Source: a virus (lineage: Duplodnaviria; Caudoviricetes). Taken from it: 64,000 bases of DNA. The notes under the pieces are model-generated. The model was not told where the DNA came from. It was given only the letters and a program-made list of their open reading frames with translations, and ran no database searches. The stretch lies in IMG/VR virus record IMGVR_UViG_3300027754_000035; one strand, 5' to 3'. A program made the translations under genes and the position numbers. Numbering within the stretch: position 1 is the stretch's first letter; each line of letters opens with the position of its first letter. This document shows, piece by piece, positions 52,101 through 61,637 of the stretch.

Positions 52101-53706
52101 TGGTAACATCGACAAAATCAAAGTTTTTACTGATACTCTATCGACCGATGATTTCGGTGAACATAGCTATAACGTCGATAGTATTTCTACGCCTGATAAG
52201 AACACTGTATACAGAAATCTGTTGTACTTCTGGAGCTTTGATACTCCTATAGATTTGTGGTCGCACACATCATCCATCGACTATAAGTGGGTACCTAACC
52301 AAAATGTTTATTACCAATTGTCTGGTAGTCCGCACACAAACGCATTCAAGGCATATAATTTTACTGGAGAATTGGTGACACAGCCATACCCATCATGTAT
52401 ACCAGCAATACAATCAAAGTTTCCATATCAATTTGATAGAATTGTTATTAAACAGGCCATCAACGCAAACAATTTTGGGCCCAACTATAAGAACAACGTC
52501 AAGATCAACAAGATCAAAGAGTTTGCAACATCCAACTTGGTGCCTTATGATTATAGCACCAAGACGAATGACATTGTTGGTAGTGATAGTAACGTAGTAG
52601 GGTTCTATATTAGCCCATACACATATCTTGAAAATAAGATTGAGAAATTCCTTGGTAAAGATGGTATCACTGATGTTATTGGTGATCCAAAATATCTGAC
52701 CAGTCAAAACTATCCAGAGCTAAAGCAATTGCAATTGGATTTTTCATTGACCAATCAAAAGTATATCTACCCACAAGAATTTTACAGCACCTACAAGTTC
52801 TACATTGACTTCTCAATCTTTGATTATTTACAAAATGTTGTTCCAAACCGTGCGTCTTTGAAACGTGGGTTGTTGATTGAACCGTCGTTGTTGGAACGTA
52901 AGAAGTTCAACTATAAAGATCTAACTTATACAGTTCCAACATTCACAACCTCAAGTTTTTCTCTGAGTAATATCGCATCATTTAGTGCAAGCTATACCAC
53001 GGGCGGCTTGATGAGCATTGCCGTTGGATCGGAACCTGTGTATAGTGGGGATCATAATACATACAATTTCTCAAGGTTTGAGATTCCGGACATCATTGAT
53101 AACCGAGACTTCATGTTTGCTAAGTATGGTAAGTATATATTTACCGATGTGAATGGTTTCAACATTCGAGACACACACAACATACCCGATCATGAATACT
53201 ATCAAGCTGTCAACAACAATGGTAAAGTAGTTGGATTCACATCAAGTTTTGATAGAGTGGAAGTTATTGGATCAGGATCAATTACTGGGTCTGGTGCTTT
53301 TACCAACAGATATTACGGTTTACAAAATAGCGGTTATTCACAACGCCACTTAAGCAAAATTAATATGCCTGGGTCTCGCTATCGCTATCAAGCAGTTAGT
53401 GGTAGCAATTACATTATACTCAATGGTGTAAAAACTTTGGCACCAGCAAAAACTAGATTCTATACTTATATTAAGGGTAAGAATGATTATACTACGACTG
53501 TAAATCGTAACGGTTTACCAAACGGTTCACAACCAGTGATCACCATTCCCGGATTCTTGAGTTTCAATATCAGCAGCAGCACATTCCCAACAAACGGCAC
53601 AACAACTGGGTCAATTGATAGCCCAAATAGTCTGTTTGTTCAAGTACCACTGACAGCATCAGTACAAAATAGTGCCAGCCTGAATATGTATATCATGAAT
53701 TTATAG
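49195..53706 (+). CDS. large baseplate/tail protein (gp7 / P2 tail-protein-I-like core)
   Basis: 1503 aa; FTSMVGHFFDNI; NNLPYIYKTKGT...L..LFGIP...IREYG. Confidence 0.8.
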   Translation: MPYSYLTFDDTSLNSGIASGSYFPQNLQELYEQKFVNKERYFGTADSDLIEFSLYNSAQEVVAFNRVVPTVSYSVISGTYYDINNKLSYYNFAKPFTNFVKYNNELLLNTQNNLKKVQISPGLYYVLYNFVRNVAGNNKNKLVIKEISPSRTELRLSFAFNPTLSANGALDATKTSAFADKKYLFLQISTLVNQVIDNNPISQNFVNNTGNFNYVKIAQNLGLKSTAELQTFINDTYIGFDKIQNLSTVVDQTILQTSKFIGIDDQLKNFTYTYNSTEFSEADILLAFKTIVTKVSQDRILQKTSINSVQLQNILDLFVKVIYTDWLLPQMTMLLDDYANRFFGLYKNALNFDSGELIKILTHTSYLNPADGRTNVQIKLDAPLPLNFDVQTTCWISNISIAPVYFKTNLFVDPISRKVYLNGVNFDVVVDTANPTNDKFANHTVDTLTSAKANLQQKINDLLIDYDAFNNFIVYSSAELRTKIAKNKILEYNKKENQKNAIAARADSANSTISASYSLEKQSLVQDQINLLTSFDEYESYLFFNTSSIDDKIADGVAYDKDNLDSLINQLPAYIQEDGNSADYLKFTSMVGHFFDNILVYIKKFPKTYPLGVSELSDYPKNFLDELLNSFSWNTNNFKLQNSDLTQYLFNQSQASGSLSSSYFDYGKTLLNRFANNLPYIYKTKGTATSLELLTSLFGIPSELIQIREYGSTDVNVNRVNYFDYDDVLYLTKLDSNKYLTFNYTGSEYKYVVNSPYTITNPSLTTPDTIISLTSSRGEVEEFSGFNTFEGTFRFKSNNYYADQKIPVVKKVRNGKIDWFVYIKKTKQTDSGILVFDFHPDTGLASTNFTSSLKTDELPFLNGNMFTFMVTRDFLPGATYDTLPNVVNATAPITYTIGATTYTAITSSYTSSNSAKFAPLNYTLSVNQYEGSLLNFHSERTRTLTFAQNQYFSSGSYYIGNYNSNVEFRGNIDKIKVFTDTLSTDDFGEHSYNVDSISTPDKNTVYRNLLYFWSFDTPIDLWSHTSSIDYKWVPNQNVYYQLSGSPHTNAFKAYNFTGELVTQPYPSCIPAIQSKFPYQFDRIVIKQAINANNFGPNYKNNVKINKIKEFATSNLVPYDYSTKTNDIVGSDSNVVGFYISPYTYLENKIEKFLGKDGITDVIGDPKYLTSQNYPELKQLQLDFSLTNQKYIYPQEFYSTYKFYIDFSIFDYLQNVVPNRASLKRGLLIEPSLLERKKFNYKDLTYTVPTFTTSSFSLSNIASFSASYTTGGLMSIAVGSEPVYSGDHNTYNFSRFEIPDIIDNRDFMFAKYGKYIFTDVNGFNIRDTHNIPDHEYYQAVNNNGKVVGFTSSFDRVEVIGSGSITGSGAFTNRYYGLQNSGYSQRHLSKINMPGSRYRYQAVSGSNYIILNGVKTLAPAKTRFYTYIKGKNDYTTTVNRNGLPNGSQPVITIPGFLSFNISSSTFPTNGTTTGSIDSPNSLFVQVPLTASVQNSASLNMYIMNL

Positions 53707-53752
53707 TATCTATTTTGGAAAAAAACCGAATTCATTTGATAATTATTTGTAT

Positions 53753-54394
53753 ATGGCATACTTAGACAACAACGTAATTACGATTAACGCCGTTTTGACA
53801 AAAAAGGGTCGTGAAATCCTAGCAAAAGCTGGAGGTTTGAATATCACAGCATTCGCACTGGCGGACGATGAGATCGACTACACACAATTTAACCCAACAC
53901 ATCCATTGGGTAGTGCGTATTATGATATTGCCATCCGTAACACTCCGGTTATGGAACCAATCACCGACGAGACCCAATTGATGAAATATAAGTTGGTGAC
54001 TCTCAATGAGGGCGTGACCGCAGTTCCAACGATCAGCGTTGCACAAACCGTCATTACGGTCTCTCGTGATTATACAGGAGAAATCTCAATCAGTCCAAGT
54101 ACCAACCCAACATACAATGTTACGTTGGGATATACAGCAATTCTATCCAACAAGAATGTGGGTACGTTGATTGTCACCGAAACCAACAGTTTGAATTCTA
54201 CAACGGCAACGGTTCCCTCATTTGCTGGCGATTTAACATCACAAACTTCTCAGGCTGTTGTTGGTAATAAGTTTAGATTTGTTCCAAATGCATCTTTGGC
54301 AAAAACAACAACAACCAACATCACTGTCATTGGTAATGAAAGTGGTGGCAACACAGCAATTACAGTGACGGTTACCGTTCCATCATCAAACTAA
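53753..54394 (+). CDS. virion structural protein (tail-collar/fibre-attachment-like)
   Basis: AVLTKKGREILA...ITAFALADDEIDY. Confidence 0.8.
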   Translation: MAYLDNNVITINAVLTKKGREILAKAGGLNITAFALADDEIDYTQFNPTHPLGSAYYDIAIRNTPVMEPITDETQLMKYKLVTLNEGVTAVPTISVAQTVITVSRDYTGEISISPSTNPTYNVTLGYTAILSNKNVGTLIVTETNSLNSTTATVPSFAGDLTSQTSQAVVGNKFRFVPNASLAKTTTTNITVIGNESGGNTAITVTVTVPSSN

Positions 54395-54402
54395 ACTAGA
54401 CT

Positions 54403-55509
54403 ATGATTTTTAGCCAATTTACAGCAGACGACATTGTAGTGGGAAGAATAAACCAAGTATCATCGGGTCTATTCGGATCTGGAAGTTTGTATTTGAGCCA
54501 ATCTGCGTTCACCACATCTTCAGCCCAAGCCAATACGATGATTGGTGCAAACCAATTTGACGTGCGCAATGGTCAATATTATACCAACGTATATGCCGGT
54601 GGAGATCTCTACTTTTCTATTGCTTATGGTGATTATGCAAATACTGGTAGCTCAAAGTATGACAGTACTGCGGTCACTGCGGCAAGTAGGGTTTTGACCA
54701 ACGAAACCAAGGTAATTTATTCTCAATACAGAAATACTCTGTTGCAACCCGGCGACAACTTTTTCTCGTTTGCATCTGGTAGCGTGTCTACACCACAAGA
54801 CAGCCAAGCAATTTTTGTGATGAATTTTGCATCTGACAAGATCAAGGACCAAATTGATCCAGGTCAAATACAAATCAATTTCTTGGGAACTAAAGGTCAA
54901 TATTCTTTTATTGACGATTCATCGGTTGTAAATAAGCAACAAAGTGTGTATAATCTGATCTCTGGATCTGTTGTCAGTGGTGTACCAACACCATACACTA
55001 ATAATGGTGCATTCGCCGCAAAATATGAGGGTATTGGTTTATTTTATCCAACAAACGGTGTAGTTGTTTTCAATGCTTTGAATTTACAAGCCCGTGTTGG
55101 TATTAACGCTGCTATTGCAGATCGTGCGGGTAATTCAAATAATGGATCAATTACATTCCAAAGTTTCTGGCGTGTTTGGACCCACGATTTATTTTTAAGA
55201 CTTAAACAAAGCACAAAGCCAATGGCTGTGCGTAAGAGTGAATTTGTTCCCAGCACCAATTATTTCGTGCGTGTCAAGAACAAACAGTTCAATTATAGTA
55301 ATAATCCAACATTTGTGTCGGATGGTACCGATGGTAAGACTAAAGGTACCATTGTTTATCAAGATTTGATCAATAACCCACGAACATACATCACTGGGGT
55401 TGGTTTGTATGATACAAACAATGAATTGATTGCTATTGGTAAAGTCAGTAGACCAGTTCAAAAGAGCTTTGATTCTGAACTTTTGTTGAAAGTCAGAATT
55501 GATTTCTAA
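54403..55509 (+). CDS. virion structural protein
   Basis: C-terminal TYITGVGLYD.NNELIAIGKVSRPVQK. Confidence 0.8.
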   Translation: MIFSQFTADDIVVGRINQVSSGLFGSGSLYLSQSAFTTSSAQANTMIGANQFDVRNGQYYTNVYAGGDLYFSIAYGDYANTGSSKYDSTAVTAASRVLTNETKVIYSQYRNTLLQPGDNFFSFASGSVSTPQDSQAIFVMNFASDKIKDQIDPGQIQINFLGTKGQYSFIDDSSVVNKQQSVYNLISGSVVSGVPTPYTNNGAFAAKYEGIGLFYPTNGVVVFNALNLQARVGINAAIADRAGNSNNGSITFQSFWRVWTHDLFLRLKQSTKPMAVRKSEFVPSTNYFVRVKNKQFNYSNNPTFVSDGTDGKTKGTIVYQDLINNPRTYITGVGLYDTNNELIAIGKVSRPVQKSFDSELLLKVRIDF

Positions 55510-55532
55510 GATGACATCCTATTTATATTGGG

Positions 55533-57143
55533 ATGATCAAATTTTTTAGAAATCAGGACATTATTGTCACTGCGTTTACGATTGCCAAGCAACAAACACT
55601 CAATAGTGTTGTAAATGACTTGATTCTCGCAAACGATGGCGACGATCTATTTCCATTGGTTGCCCCAATTCTTGGTTGCAACGATAATGTTTCTGGTAGC
55701 TGTGAATCCAACGGTGTAGATGGGTATTTGGCACTAACTCAATACGGCGACCCAATTGATTTTCAAATCGGAAAATACGTACCATCTAGTTCAGTTTTTT
55801 ATCCAAGTGGTAGTACCAATTTTAATGTTCAAAACAATCCGTTGAACTTGGATGGTACTTATCAACGCCAAGTTTATAATACAGCCAAAAAGATGTATTA
55901 TAACAACTACAACAATGCCTACAATATTTTTGGATTTGATGGATATGATACCAGCAAAGCATCATTGGATCTGACCAATGAATTTTCCGCAGTTAATTTA
56001 CGCATCAATCAAACGGGCGATACCATCCGCCCAAATACATTGGTGATCAACAACCAGACAGGCGATATTGTTGCAGATATAATTGATGACGGTAATTATA
56101 ACTTAAAACTATCCGGATCATTTTTTATCGATAAATACGAGCTTGATCCAAGCTCATTGGATTTGACCCGACCAACTGGACTATGTGGTTTGGGTGGATA
56201 TTTGGTGAATAGTGCATCGTGTGGCCCATGTGTGAGTCCAACGCCAACACCAACACCAAGTTTAACACCCACACCAAGTTTAACACCCACACCAAGTTTA
56301 ACAGCAACGCCAAGCTTAACACCTACGCCCACTCCAACTCCAAGCTTGACCGCAACTCCAAGCTTGACCGCAACTCCAAGCTTGACCGCAACTCCAAGCT
56401 TGACTGCAACACCTAGTGTGACTGCAACTAGAACAGCAACTCCAAGCTTGACTGCAACACCTAGTGTGACTGCAACTAGAACAGCAACTCCAAGCTTAAC
56501 AGCAACTCCAAGCTTAACAGCAACACCTAGTGTGACTGCAAGTCCAGCAGCAAGTCCAGCAGCAAGTCCAGCAGCAAGTCCAGCAGCAAGTCCAGCAGCA
56601 AGTCCAGCAGCAAGTCCAGCAGCAAGCTTGACACCTACTCCAAGCTTGACACCTACTCCAACACCCACAGCAAGTCCAGCAGCTGCGGCGTTCTTCTACA
56701 TCGAATTGGAAGCAGCTGGTAGTTGTTCATATGAACCCGGCAGTGATCCACAAACTTTTTGTGACGCATCTGTGGCTGTTGATACCACGGTTAATAACTA
56801 TTCGGTGGGTGCGGCCGTAATGCAAGTGGTAAGCAGTGGCATAGCAATACCATGCACGGTCTCCGGCGCCGGCAACTCGGTAATTACTGCTACACTTAAA
56901 TATACGACTGGATTTGTATCAGTGTCCGATTCCGGAACCGCGTACACATATACAATACATAATTCTGTTACTGGTGGTGATCCATCGGTTTGTGGTATTC
57001 AAGATTTTGGTCCGAACAACATATCATATGATACTTTGATTAATAAAATAACCTATGCCGAAACCTACCCTGGCTTAATGCCAGATGGAATAACGGCTCG
57101 GGATGGTAGTAGCGCGCGACCATACTTAACTTCGCTGATATAA
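55533..57143 (+). CDS. virion-region protein with a central Thr/Pro/Ser mucin-like repeat
   Basis: TPSLTA / [10 protein letters not shown] / (ASPA)x7 block between two globular domains. Confidence 0.82.
   Translation: MIKFFRNQDIIVTAFTIAKQQTLNSVVNDLILANDGDDLFPLVAPILGCNDNVSGSCESNGVDGYLALTQYGDPIDFQIGKYVPSSSVFYPSGSTNFNVQNNPLNLDGTYQRQVYNTAKKMYYNNYNNAYNIFGFDGYDTSKASLDLTNEFSAVNLRINQTGDTIRPNTLVINNQTGDIVADIIDDGNYNLKLSGSFFIDKYELDPSSLDLTRPTGLCGLGGYLVNSASCGPCVSPTPTPTPSLTPTPSLTPTPSLTATPSLTPTPTPTPSLTATPSLTATPSLTATPSLTATPSVTATRTATPSLTATPSVTATRTATPSLTATPSLTATPSVTASPAASPAASPAASPAASPAASPAASPAASLTPTPSLTPTPTPTASPAAAAFFYIELEAAGSCSYEPGSDPQTFCDASVAVDTTVNNYSVGAAVMQVVSSGIAIPCTVSGAGNSVITATLKYTTGFVSVSDSGTAYTYTIHNSVTGGDPSVCGIQDFGPNNISYDTLINKITYAETYPGLMPDGITARDGSSARPYLTSLI
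56235..56680 (+). repeat. coding tandem repeats (TPSLTA; ASPA x7)
   Basis: gcaagtccagca x7 at 56538-56621; ccaagcttgaccgcaact units. Confidence 0.92.
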
Positions 57144-57211
57144 ATTGAGTAATATAAAAATAATGATGGGGGTGGTGGTGTATATGTAAATTAGAACACA
57201 TTAACACTGTT

Positions 57212-59824
57212 ATGCCCAAAATATTTATTCAAATTGCTAGTTATAGAGATCGTGAATTAATTCCAACGATCAAAAATTGCATAGAAAATGCAAAATACCC
57301 AGAAAATTTAGTGTTTGCATTGGGTTGGCAGCATGACGAAACAGAGACTCTGGGTGAATATGCTACAGATCCACGATTCAAAATTATAGATATTCCCTAC
57401 CAAGAGAGTCAGGGTGTTTGTTGGGTCCGACACCAATTGAATTTGTTGTATTCCGATGAAGAATATTGTTTGCAGTTGGATAGTCACCATCGGTTTGCCA
57501 AAAATTGGGATGAGCAGGCCATTGGAATGTTACAAGATCTACAAGCCGCTGGATATGCTAAACCTCTTTTGACTGCATATATTCCATCATATGAACCAGC
57601 CAATGATCCTGTTGGTAGAGGTACTGAGCCTTGGATGATAGGTTTTGATCGGTATTTACCCGAGGGACCAATATTTCCATCACCATCGGTTATACCCAAC
57701 CATAAAAATCTGACTTTGCCAATCCCGGCAAGATTTTTCTCGGGTCATTTTGCATTTGCACATGGATCTTTTGTGAAGGAAGTTGTATATGACCCAAATC
57801 TTTATTTTCACGGCGAAGAAATCAACATGTCGGTTCGTGCGTATACCCACGGATACGATTTGTTTCATCCACACAAGGTCATAGCATGGCATTATTATCA
57901 CCGAAATGGTGCTGTAAAGCAGTGGGACGATGACAAGATTTGGGGCGAAAGAAACACATCATCACATTTGCGCACCAGAAAACTGTTTGGTATGGATGGT
58001 GAAACCCAAAATATTGATTTTGGTATTTATGGTTTTGGTACAACCAGAACTCTTACCGATTACGAAAACTATGCGGGTGTTAGATTTAGAGATCGTGCCG
58101 TGCAACAATACACATTGGATAGAAATATTGCGCCGAATCCTATTATTACAGATGCGGCTGAGTATGCAGCGTCGTGGTTGCACATTTTCAAGTTCTGTAT
58201 TGATATGCACGTTGATAGTGTTCCAGACAACGATTATGATGCGTGGATCATTGCTTTCAAAAATGTGGATGGTGTAGAAATTGTTCGCTGCGATGCCGAT
58301 GAAAATGAAGTTAATTCTTTTAAGGCATCAAATCCATCGGATAAGTGGTATAGAATTTGGCGAACATTTCACACAAAGGAGGTACCACACACTTATGTGT
58401 TCTGGCCTCACAGCAAATCAAAGGGATGGATGGAAAAAATTGAACGGATTATTCCCGGACCAACAAAATTGATTCCTCGTTCACCAGATCCTGTGAGTTT
58501 GTGGAAAGGTAAAGGTTCCGAAAAAAAGGATCAACCTAAAAAGGTGGTGTTCAATAAAAATCCAAACAAACGCAAAATATTTGTACACATACCAGCATAC
58601 AGAGATCCCGAATTGTTGCCCACAATTGAAAGTGCATTAAAAAATGCAGCTCATCCAGACCGATTGGTTTTTGGTATATGTCATCAATCCAACAAGAGTG
58701 ATAAGTTTGTCACCGACATTGATAAGTTCAGATCTGATCCTAGATTTAGAATTATTGATATGGACTATACAGATGCAAAGGGTCTTCCGTTTGCTAGATA
58801 TCAAGTCAATACAATGTTGCTTAATGAGGAGTATATTTTGCAATTGGATAGCCATCACAGATTCAATGTTGGTTGGGATTCTACACTGATTGAAATGCAC
58901 GATGGTCTCAAAGCTGCTGGTGTCAAAAAACCACTTTTAGGTGGATATCTACCGTTCTACGATCCCGCAAATGATCCTGCGTTGCGAACCAATGAACCAT
59001 GGCAATCAGTGGCATCGTGTTTTTATCCACACGGAACCTTGTTCATAAGACCAGCGGGCTTTAGAAACTTGGTTGATCTTAAAGAACCAGTACCGGCAAG
59101 ATTTTTATCGGGGCATTTTTGTTTCGGCGACAATCATTGGGCTACCACAATTAAGCACGACTCAGATATATTCTTTAGTGGCGAAGAAATCAATCTTACG
59201 GTCAGATCATATACACATGGTTATGACATCTACCATCCACACAAAGTTGTTATTTGGCATTCAATGGCTAGAAAAGAACGTGATGGTATACTTGTGTGGG
59301 ATGATCAAGCCAAACGTGGTGAAAATTGGTCGGACTCTCAAAACAAATCCCGAGCAAAAATCAGACAGTTGCTTCAGACCGAATACAATGGTTATGATTT
59401 GACTGGATACAATCTTGGTAAAGACCGAACGCTGCATGATTATGAGTTGTATGCTGGTATTTGCTTCAAGGAAAAGTCAATGCAGCAATATACGATGGAT
59501 AATCATCTACCACCAAATCCACCGATGTCTGAACAAAAATGGAAAGATTCACTGAAGAAGTCTTTTTATTATCTAGTTACCATTACGAGACAACAACTGC
59601 CCGGTGACGATTATAGTAGTATTTTGGTGGCATTTGATGATGATCAGGGCAAGGCCGTGGCCAGTAAATACATTACCGGCAAACAATTGAGCGACTTCGT
59701 GCAAAATAAGACTAATATTCACTATGAAGAATATTTTTCGGCTGATAGATGGCCAAGTAAAGTTGTGTATTGGGGTCTAAGCACATCAAGGGGTTGGGCA
59801 GAACGAGTAGAAATAAAACTATGA
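57212..59824 (+). CDS. tandem-duplicated GT60-like (PF11397 GlcNAc-type) polypeptide glycosyltransferase
   Basis: Two copies of IF..I.(S/A)YRD.EL.PTI...LQLDSHHRF...WD...PARFxSGHF.F...F.GEEI...VR.YTHGYD..HP. Confidence 0.88.
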   Translation: MPKIFIQIASYRDRELIPTIKNCIENAKYPENLVFALGWQHDETETLGEYATDPRFKIIDIPYQESQGVCWVRHQLNLLYSDEEYCLQLDSHHRFAKNWDEQAIGMLQDLQAAGYAKPLLTAYIPSYEPANDPVGRGTEPWMIGFDRYLPEGPIFPSPSVIPNHKNLTLPIPARFFSGHFAFAHGSFVKEVVYDPNLYFHGEEINMSVRAYTHGYDLFHPHKVIAWHYYHRNGAVKQWDDDKIWGERNTSSHLRTRKLFGMDGETQNIDFGIYGFGTTRTLTDYENYAGVRFRDRAVQQYTLDRNIAPNPIITDAAEYAASWLHIFKFCIDMHVDSVPDNDYDAWIIAFKNVDGVEIVRCDADENEVNSFKASNPSDKWYRIWRTFHTKEVPHTYVFWPHSKSKGWMEKIERIIPGPTKLIPRSPDPVSLWKGKGSEKKDQPKKVVFNKNPNKRKIFVHIPAYRDPELLPTIESALKNAAHPDRLVFGICHQSNKSDKFVTDIDKFRSDPRFRIIDMDYTDAKGLPFARYQVNTMLLNEEYILQLDSHHRFNVGWDSTLIEMHDGLKAAGVKKPLLGGYLPFYDPANDPALRTNEPWQSVASCFYPHGTLFIRPAGFRNLVDLKEPVPARFLSGHFCFGDNHWATTIKHDSDIFFSGEEINLTVRSYTHGYDIYHPHKVVIWHSMARKERDGILVWDDQAKRGENWSDSQNKSRAKIRQLLQTEYNGYDLTGYNLGKDRTLHDYELYAGICFKEKSMQQYTMDNHLPPNPPMSEQKWKDSLKKSFYYLVTITRQQLPGDDYSSILVAFDDDQGKAVASKYITGKQLSDFVQNKTNIHYEEYFSADRWPSKVVYWGLSTSRGWAERVEIKL

Positions 59825-60648
59825 ATGTTGATATTAGCAACATACGTTTTGTTTACTTTACAAACGAGACCAATATTCCATTGTTAAAATTGACATTGCC
59901 GAATTTTTTCAAATATAATGATTTGGAGAATATAAAAGTCAGTGTTATATCCAATAATTATGCGGATGACATTTTACCTTATAGTAATGCGGTTCAATAT
60001 TTGAATGGTAGTACACCATTTCATACAAACGGAAAGCATTTTAGTAATTCTTTGAAAAATACTCTATCTAAAATACAAGAAGAGTATATTTTTTTATTGC
60101 TTGACGATTTCTTTTTCATAAATGACACCAAATTTAACGATTTGCAAAAATTAATGGAATTTATAGTTGCTGAGAATGTTGATTATTTTGGATTTGATGA
60201 TGTGGCGGGAACTGAAATATACGATTGGTCTCCGTATGAAAAGGAAAATTACCCATTTGGAAAAGGGTCTCTTTATTATAGAGACAACAATTATAGATAT
60301 TTACACAGTTTGCAACCAACAATTTGGAAGCGAAAATCACTAATGGCATTGTGTGACAGATGGGAGTTTAGTGTAAATGAGTTGGATGAAACTCTACCAC
60401 AAATTAAGCAAGAAAATAAGTTGAAGTGTTTTGGTAACAATCAACTATCACATTTTACATACACATCGCCGGGCGATTACTTTGTTATAGCTTACGTGGA
60501 AATAATACGCCATGGTGTATTACAACACTACAAAAATGGATTCGCAGGCACAGATTATCCTGTATTTAGTTTTATTGACCAATTGATTAATGAGCATGAT
60601 TTGTTGAATAAATCCGAGTATCAAAAAATATTACACAACATCACATGA
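59821..60648 (+). CDS. GT-A fold glycosyltransferase-like protein
   Basis: EEYIFLLLDDFF; YLHSLQPTIWKR. Confidence 0.72.
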   Translation: MNVDISNIRFVYFTNETNIPLLKLTLPNFFKYNDLENIKVSVISNNYADDILPYSNAVQYLNGSTPFHTNGKHFSNSLKNTLSKIQEEYIFLLLDDFFFINDTKFNDLQKLMEFIVAENVDYFGFDDVAGTEIYDWSPYEKENYPFGKGSLYYRDNNYRYLHSLQPTIWKRKSLMALCDRWEFSVNELDETLPQIKQENKLKCFGNNQLSHFTYTSPGDYFVIAYVEIIRHGVLQHYKNGFAGTDYPVFSFIDQLINEHDLLNKSEYQKILHNIT

Positions 60649-61607
60649 ATTTAGACATCGTATATGAATTTGGAGGAACGGAGTGGGTGTACAAATCTGT
60701 ATTTGAAAAATACTCAAAATATTGTGTTGAAAATCTTAAAGATATTGATGTTCAAATCAAAAATAGCAGACGTTACGATCCAACGTGTGGTACCAACAAT
60801 AAGTATGGGCCATTTTACATGATGGTTGTTAACCGAGATACTAAAAAGTATATTTTAATCTCGTATTGGGATAAACTGGTAGATGTTGTTAGACATAATA
60901 ACGTTACAAATTTTGATTTGGAAAATTGTGTGGAAATAATAACGAGTGCTGGAACGCACGAAAATGATTTTTGTTACACACCAATAAATTTTGACTACAC
61001 ACCGTTTAGTTATATTGGCAATATAATTACAAATGAAACTGAAATTGATCGATTGTATAACTCATGTGTAGAAAAAACTCATGAAGACCGCCTAAAATTC
61101 AGAGGATACTTATATGGGTTCCGAGATTTTTTAAGTAACGATACTAGATTTGATATAATTGACTGTCGAGGTCCAAACCAATACAGACACAATAACGATT
61201 ATGTCAGAGAACTATCCAAATCAACAATCAATTTAAGTCTAAATGGTGCCGCCGAAATTTGTTATCGAGATATGGAAATATTAGGTTTGGGAAATGCGTT
61301 GTTTAGATTTGAGTTATCAACCAAGTTTCACAATCCACTTATTCCCAATCACCATTATATATCCGTACCACACAGCGACATAAAATATAATCCCGGCGAC
61401 GTATTTGAATATTACAAAAAATTGAGTGATAGATTGTTTGATAGATTTGAACAAGTAAAAAATCAACACGACTTTATAAAGTTTGTGTCAGATAATGGTA
61501 GGCGTTGGTATATAGAAAATGGCACTGTGGACGCAAACGTGAAGCTGCTGACGCAATTAGTAGATTTTACCAAATTAAAAGAAATCTATCAACTCAATCC
61601 GCCATAA
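60645..61607 (+). CDS. glycosyltransferase-like protein (GT-B C-terminal signature)
   Basis: YVRELSKSTINLSLNGAAEICYRDMEILGLG...NHHYI. Confidence 0.65.
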   Translation: MNLDIVYEFGGTEWVYKSVFEKYSKYCVENLKDIDVQIKNSRRYDPTCGTNNKYGPFYMMVVNRDTKKYILISYWDKLVDVVRHNNVTNFDLENCVEIITSAGTHENDFCYTPINFDYTPFSYIGNIITNETEIDRLYNSCVEKTHEDRLKFRGYLYGFRDFLSNDTRFDIIDCRGPNQYRHNNDYVRELSKSTINLSLNGAAEICYRDMEILGLGNALFRFELSTKFHNPLIPNHHYISVPHSDIKYNPGDVFEYYKKLSDRLFDRFEQVKNQHDFIKFVSDNGRRWYIENGTVDANVKLLTQLVDFTKLKEIYQLNPP

Positions 61608-61637
61608 CTATAATAGTTGTTCACAAATTAAAAATGT

